A DNA stretch of 64,000 nt. Origin: Heteronotia binoei. Taxonomy: Eukaryota. The stretch lies in NCBI RefSeq assembly GCF_032191835.1, contig NC_083227.1, forward strand, positions 167,090,001-167,154,000, read 5' to 3'. Numbering within the stretch: position 1 is the first letter of the stretch; the number at the start of each line of letters is the position of its first letter. The translations under genes were made by a program, and so were the position numbers. Positions 60,158 to 64,000 of this stretch are shown piece after piece. Below the pieces are notes generated by a model. That model worked only from the letters and a program-made list of their open reading frames with translations, was not told the DNA's origin and did no database searches.

Positions 60158-60745
60158 TAGAATCGTAGAGTTGGAAGGGGCCTCCAGGATCATCTAGTCC
60201 AACCCCCTGCACAAAGCAGGAAACTCACAAATACTGCCAACCCCACCCCCCCAAATTCACAGGATCCACATTGCTGTCAGATGGCCATCCAGCCTCTGTT
60301 TAAAAACCTCCAAAGAAGGAGAGCCCACCACCTCCCGAGGAAGCCTGTTCCACTGAGGAACCGCTCTGTCAGGAAGTTCTTCCTAATGTTGAGCCACAAA
60401 CTCTTTTATTTAATTTCAACCTGCTGGTTCTGGTCCTACCTTCTGGGGCCATGGAAAACAATTCTGTACCATCTTCTATATGACAGCCTTTCAAATACTT
60501 GAAGACGATCATATCACCTCTCAGACGCCTCCTCTCCAGGCTAAACATGTCCAACTTCTTCAGCCTTTCCTCATAGGACTTGGTCTCCAGACCTCTTACC
60601 ATCTTTGTTGCTCTCCTCTGGACCCGTTCCAGCTTGTCTATATCCTTCTTCAAATGCGGTGCCCAAAACTGAACACAATACTCCAGGCGAGGTCTTACCA
60701 GAGCAGAGCAAAGTGATACCATCACTTCACATGATCTGGACACTA
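60158..60745 (-). mobile_element. CR1 LINE 3' fragment
   Basis: [35 protein letters not shown]; CR1 3' hairpin/tail. Confidence 0.92.
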
Positions 60746-62265
60746 AGGCAGGTAGTGAATCTGCGTGACAGTTAGTGAACCTATGTCACCATGTCATACT
60801 CAATATACAAGGTATTCACTTTGTAGATTTGCTTAAAAGCTGTTCCCAATATTTTATCCCTTTGGCAGCAATTTTCCACATACTGTCGCAATCAATGTGG
60901 ATAGATCTAAGTAAGATCTACTTAAATAAGTGAAAGTTACTTCCACAAAGACATGCAGTTTGTTCCTCTTCCCTAACACCAGTGTAAAAGCTCATGAAAC
61001 ACAGTATGTGCTTCTTTCCTCCAGACGTATACACCTCTGGAACACTTCTGTAGAGCAGAATTGCAGTTCTGAAATGTGCTTTTGATGCAAAGGCTGCTAT
61101 ATGCGATAAGCTGCATCATGCTCTCATGGCACTCTGCTCTTCTCCCCATGAAATGTATGTCAGCACCAGTGTATGTAAAGTGCCACCCAGCCACAGCTGA
61201 CTTATGGTGACCCTGGGGATTTTCAAGGCAAGAAATGAACACGCCTGCTTCTGCGAAGCCGCACTGAGCCCGTCAGGAGAGGGGGCGGGATAAAAATATA
61301 ATAAAATAAACATAAGAGTGCCTGGACTTCCCTGGAGGCCTCCTGTCCAAGTACTAACCAGATGAATTTATTTATTTATTTATTTAAGATTTATATCCCG
61401 CCCTTCCCACAAGTGGCTCAGAATCTAGGCGGGCTCTTCCTGAATAATGAGCCATGTTATCATTTCTGTGAAGAATATAGCACTTGGCTTTGTTCACAGA
61501 ATAACTTAAATTTATTTTGACTCTGTTAATACCTTTAAGTATTTTAAAGAATCTAAACATAAGAGTGAGAATAAAAGTCATATCAGTTACTCAGAGAAGG
61601 TGCCGATCAATATACTGCAACAACAAAAAATCACTCAGTGGTACCATCCAATCCAGGATTCTGCTACTGTAGGAAGACTAAGGTGTTATCTTGTCCTCAA
61701 GATAATTATTGGATAGGATTGCTCTGTTACATATCTTTAGTATATTGAAGATTTGGCCTCTGAGGGAGCCAAAGAGAGAGAAGGGATATTGGCAATGAAG
61801 ACACACAGTTTGTCTACTAGAATTCTTGCTCAGCTCCTTTCTGTATTAGAGATTTCCCTAGATATACTGCCTTCACAGATATCACTGTTATCTACAGTCA
61901 TAAGGACTAGAAACCTGCTTTCAAATCTTCAGTTCTTTGCTGGTGAAACTCTTCTGTAGCCTTCAAGAATTCATAGAACCTCAACAATTGACTGGTTTCT
62001 TCATCCCATCACAATACTCTACCCATTTCGGTCCCGAGGTCTGAGGAAAATGGGCTAGTCTATGACATCCAGGTCCGGGTGTAAATATCTAGCCACTGCT
62101 ACACTTCTGCATAGCTGCTGGGAGATTCACAGCCTAACCTTATGCATGTTTACTCAAAAGTAAGTCCTACTATGTTTAATGGAAGTAACTTCCAACTCCG
62201 GGCAGAAGAAATAAACCTTTTCCCCATGTTTAGATTTTTAAGTCCGTTCGGAAATAACACCCGCC

Positions 62266-62780
62266 TAGGGTTGCCAAGTCCAATTCAAGAAATATCTGGG
62301 GACTTTGGGGGTGGAGCCAGGAGACTTTGGGGGTGGAGCCAGGAGACATTAGGGTTGGAGCCAGGAGACTTTGGGGGTAGAGCCCGGAGACATTAGGGAT
62401 GGAGCCAGAAACAAGGGTGTGACAAGCATAATTGAACTCCAAAGGGAGTTCTGGCCCTCACATTTAAAGGGACGGCACATCTTTTTAAATGCCTTCCTTC
62501 CATAGGAAATAATGAAGGATGGGGCACCTTCTTTTGGGGCTCACAGAATTGGACCCCCTGGTCCAATCTTTTTGAAACTTGGGGGGTATTTTGGGGAGAG
62601 GCACTAGATGCTATACTGAAAATTTGGTGCCCCTACCTCAAAAAACAGCCCCCCCAGAGCCCCCGATACCCGCAGATCAATTCCCCATCATTCCCTATGG
62701 GAATCGTTCAGGGAGGCGCATGAGGGCTGTGGGGGTGGAGCTTCCCCCCGGCCAGTTGGGACCTGGGGATTGGGAAGCCT
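62266..62780. mobile_element. second copy of the TAGGGTTGCC non-autonomous transposon
   Basis: Co-linear with 56833-57505, with ~5 copies of the 22 bp minisatellite and a degenerate right end GGATTGGGAAGCCT. Confidence 0.75.
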
Positions 62781-63310
62781 CCGCAAAAAAAAGTGGGCGG
62801 GGCTCGTGGGGGCCGAGCAGCTGAACTGATTCAGGGCTGGAGGAAGGAGGCGGAGCCGCTCTTCCCCGGCACCACGTGACGCGCTGTCCTTACCCCCCCC
62901 ACGTGCGCAGGCGCAGCCTCCCTTTCCTTTTCACCGTCACGTGAGCAGGGGAGACGGCGGCCGGCGCAGCTCATCGCGCGCGTGTCGCGTTCGTCTTCCG
63001 CTGGCGCCCCCTCCCTCCCTCGGAGCTGACGCCGCGGCCTGTCCGTGGGCACGCGGGGAGCGGGCAGGTACCGTGCCGGGAGGGAGGGAGGGAGCTTGGG
63101 CCTAAACGGGAATCCTGGAAGGAGCCGGGCCGGGGAAGCAGGGAAGGCCGGGGGTGTGCGGGGGAGAGGCCTAGCCTGCAGGGGGGCGGCATCCGGGCCT
63201 GGCTTGGGGGAGCTGCAGAAGCCGGGAGGGAGCAGGGCTGTACGGCACGGGGCGGCCGGCGCCGGCTCCAGAAGCTGAAGGGCAGGCCCGCATCGTGCTT
63301 TCAGGAGGGT
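62781..63310 (+). promoter_or_regulatory. CpG-island promoter with probable non-coding first exon of an unidentified gene (donor CAG|GTACCG at 63067/63068)
   Basis: Dense CpG, GC box, CACGTG E-boxes (~62873, ~62900, ~62938) and an NRF1-like TGCGCAGGCGCA. No recognisable coding sequence; strand inferred from the donor site and synteny. Confidence 0.55.
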
Positions 63311-63493
63311 ATTCGGCAGCCTGCAGTAGCCCCTCCCCGTTTTTGTGATTGCCCTGTTTCTTAGTCGCAGATATACTGCCTTGCAGCGTGGAGGTTCGAG
63401 CATGGCTGTTAGCCCCAGGTAGACTTACATGCTGTGAATTTTGGTGCTTATTTTCCCTGAATGGGATGATGAGACAGACGGTAAGATCTGCGG

Positions 63494-64000
63494 GTGGCTC
63501 GGTGGCAGAGCATCTGCTTGGCAAGCAGAAGGTCCCGGGTTCAGTCCCCGGCATCTCCAACTAAAAAGGGTCCAGGCAAATAGGTGTGAAAAACCTCACG
63601 CTTGAGACCCTGGAGAGCCGCTGCCAGTTAGGGGAGGGACGGTGGGGCTCAGTGGCAGAGCATCTGCTTGGCAAGCAGAAGGTCCCAGGTTCAATTCCCG
63701 GCATCTCCAACTAAAAAGGGTCCAGGCAAGTAGGTGTGAAAAACCTCAAGCTTGAGACCCTGGAGAGCAGGGGAGGGACTGTGGCTCAGTGGCAGAGCAT
63801 CTGCTTGGCAAGCAGAAGGTCCCGGGTTCAATCCCCGGCATCTCCAACTAAAAAGGGTCCAGGCAAATAGGTGTGAAAAACCTCACGCTTGAGACCCTGG
63901 AGAGCCGCTGCCAGTTAGGGGAGGGACGGTGGCTCAGTGGTAGAGCATCTGCTTGGCAAGCAGAAGGTCCCAGAATCAATCCCCAGCATCTCCAACTCAA
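63494..64000 (+). repeat. tandem array of the same tRNA-Ala-derived SINE (>=4 units, runs off the window)
   Basis: Units start at ~63494, 63642, 63781, 63929 (periods 148,139,148). The head ends GGTTCAATCCCCGGCATCTCCA, as in tRNA-Ala. Confidence 0.9.

Noticed and set aside
57362-63560. ORFs of 120-190 aa at 57.4-57.9 kb and 62.8-63.5 kb
   Set aside because: Stop-poor CpG-island sequence. Only the 38-codon RNF11-like exon within 57362-57886 has homology support.
58241-64000. Tandem tRNA-Ala gene clusters at 58.2-59.0 kb and 63.5-64.0 kb
   Set aside because: The 5' acceptor strand does not pair with the CATCTCC 3' strand, the anticodon would be GGC/GGT/GGG (variable and atypical for eukaryotic Ala), there is no oligo-T terminator, and heads are attached to a SINE body also seen alone at 56.9 kb. 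These are SINE heads, not tRNA genes.

Overview
Eukaryotic genomic DNA from a squamate reptile, probably a gecko (inferred from Sauria-type SINEs, 5S-derived and tRNA-derived SINEs, and CR1/L2/L1/Penelope content). Three complete spliced genes are supported by GT(GC)-AG boundaries and frame continuity. GET3/ASNA1 lies on the minus strand (7 coding exons, 348 aa, with a GC-AG intron 5). TRIR/C19orf43 lies on the plus strand (3 exons, 140 aa), head-to-head with GET3 across a ~0.5 kb CpG bidirectional promoter. An RNF11-family RING-H2 paralog lies on the minus strand (3 exons, 151 aa). A further CpG-island promoter with a probable non-coding first exon lies near 62.8-63.3 kb; its gene is unidentified (TNPO2 by mammalian synteny only). 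Introns are packed with transposons. Most notable: (1) a TSD-bounded Neptune-type Penelope element with a ~540 bp inverted pseudo-LTR, both arms carrying a variant type I hammerhead-ribozyme fold, plus a nested L1; (2) an IR/DR Tc1 element whose 79 bp host flank is perfectly duplicated in inverted orientation next to an orphan transposon end; (3) two head-to-tail arrays of tRNA-Ala-derived SINE heads with higher-order periodicity beside CpG islands; (4) a fold-back Penelope fragment. No prokaryote-type systems or CRISPR arrays were seen. All calls were made by eye, and repeat boundaries are approximate unless a TSD is quoted.
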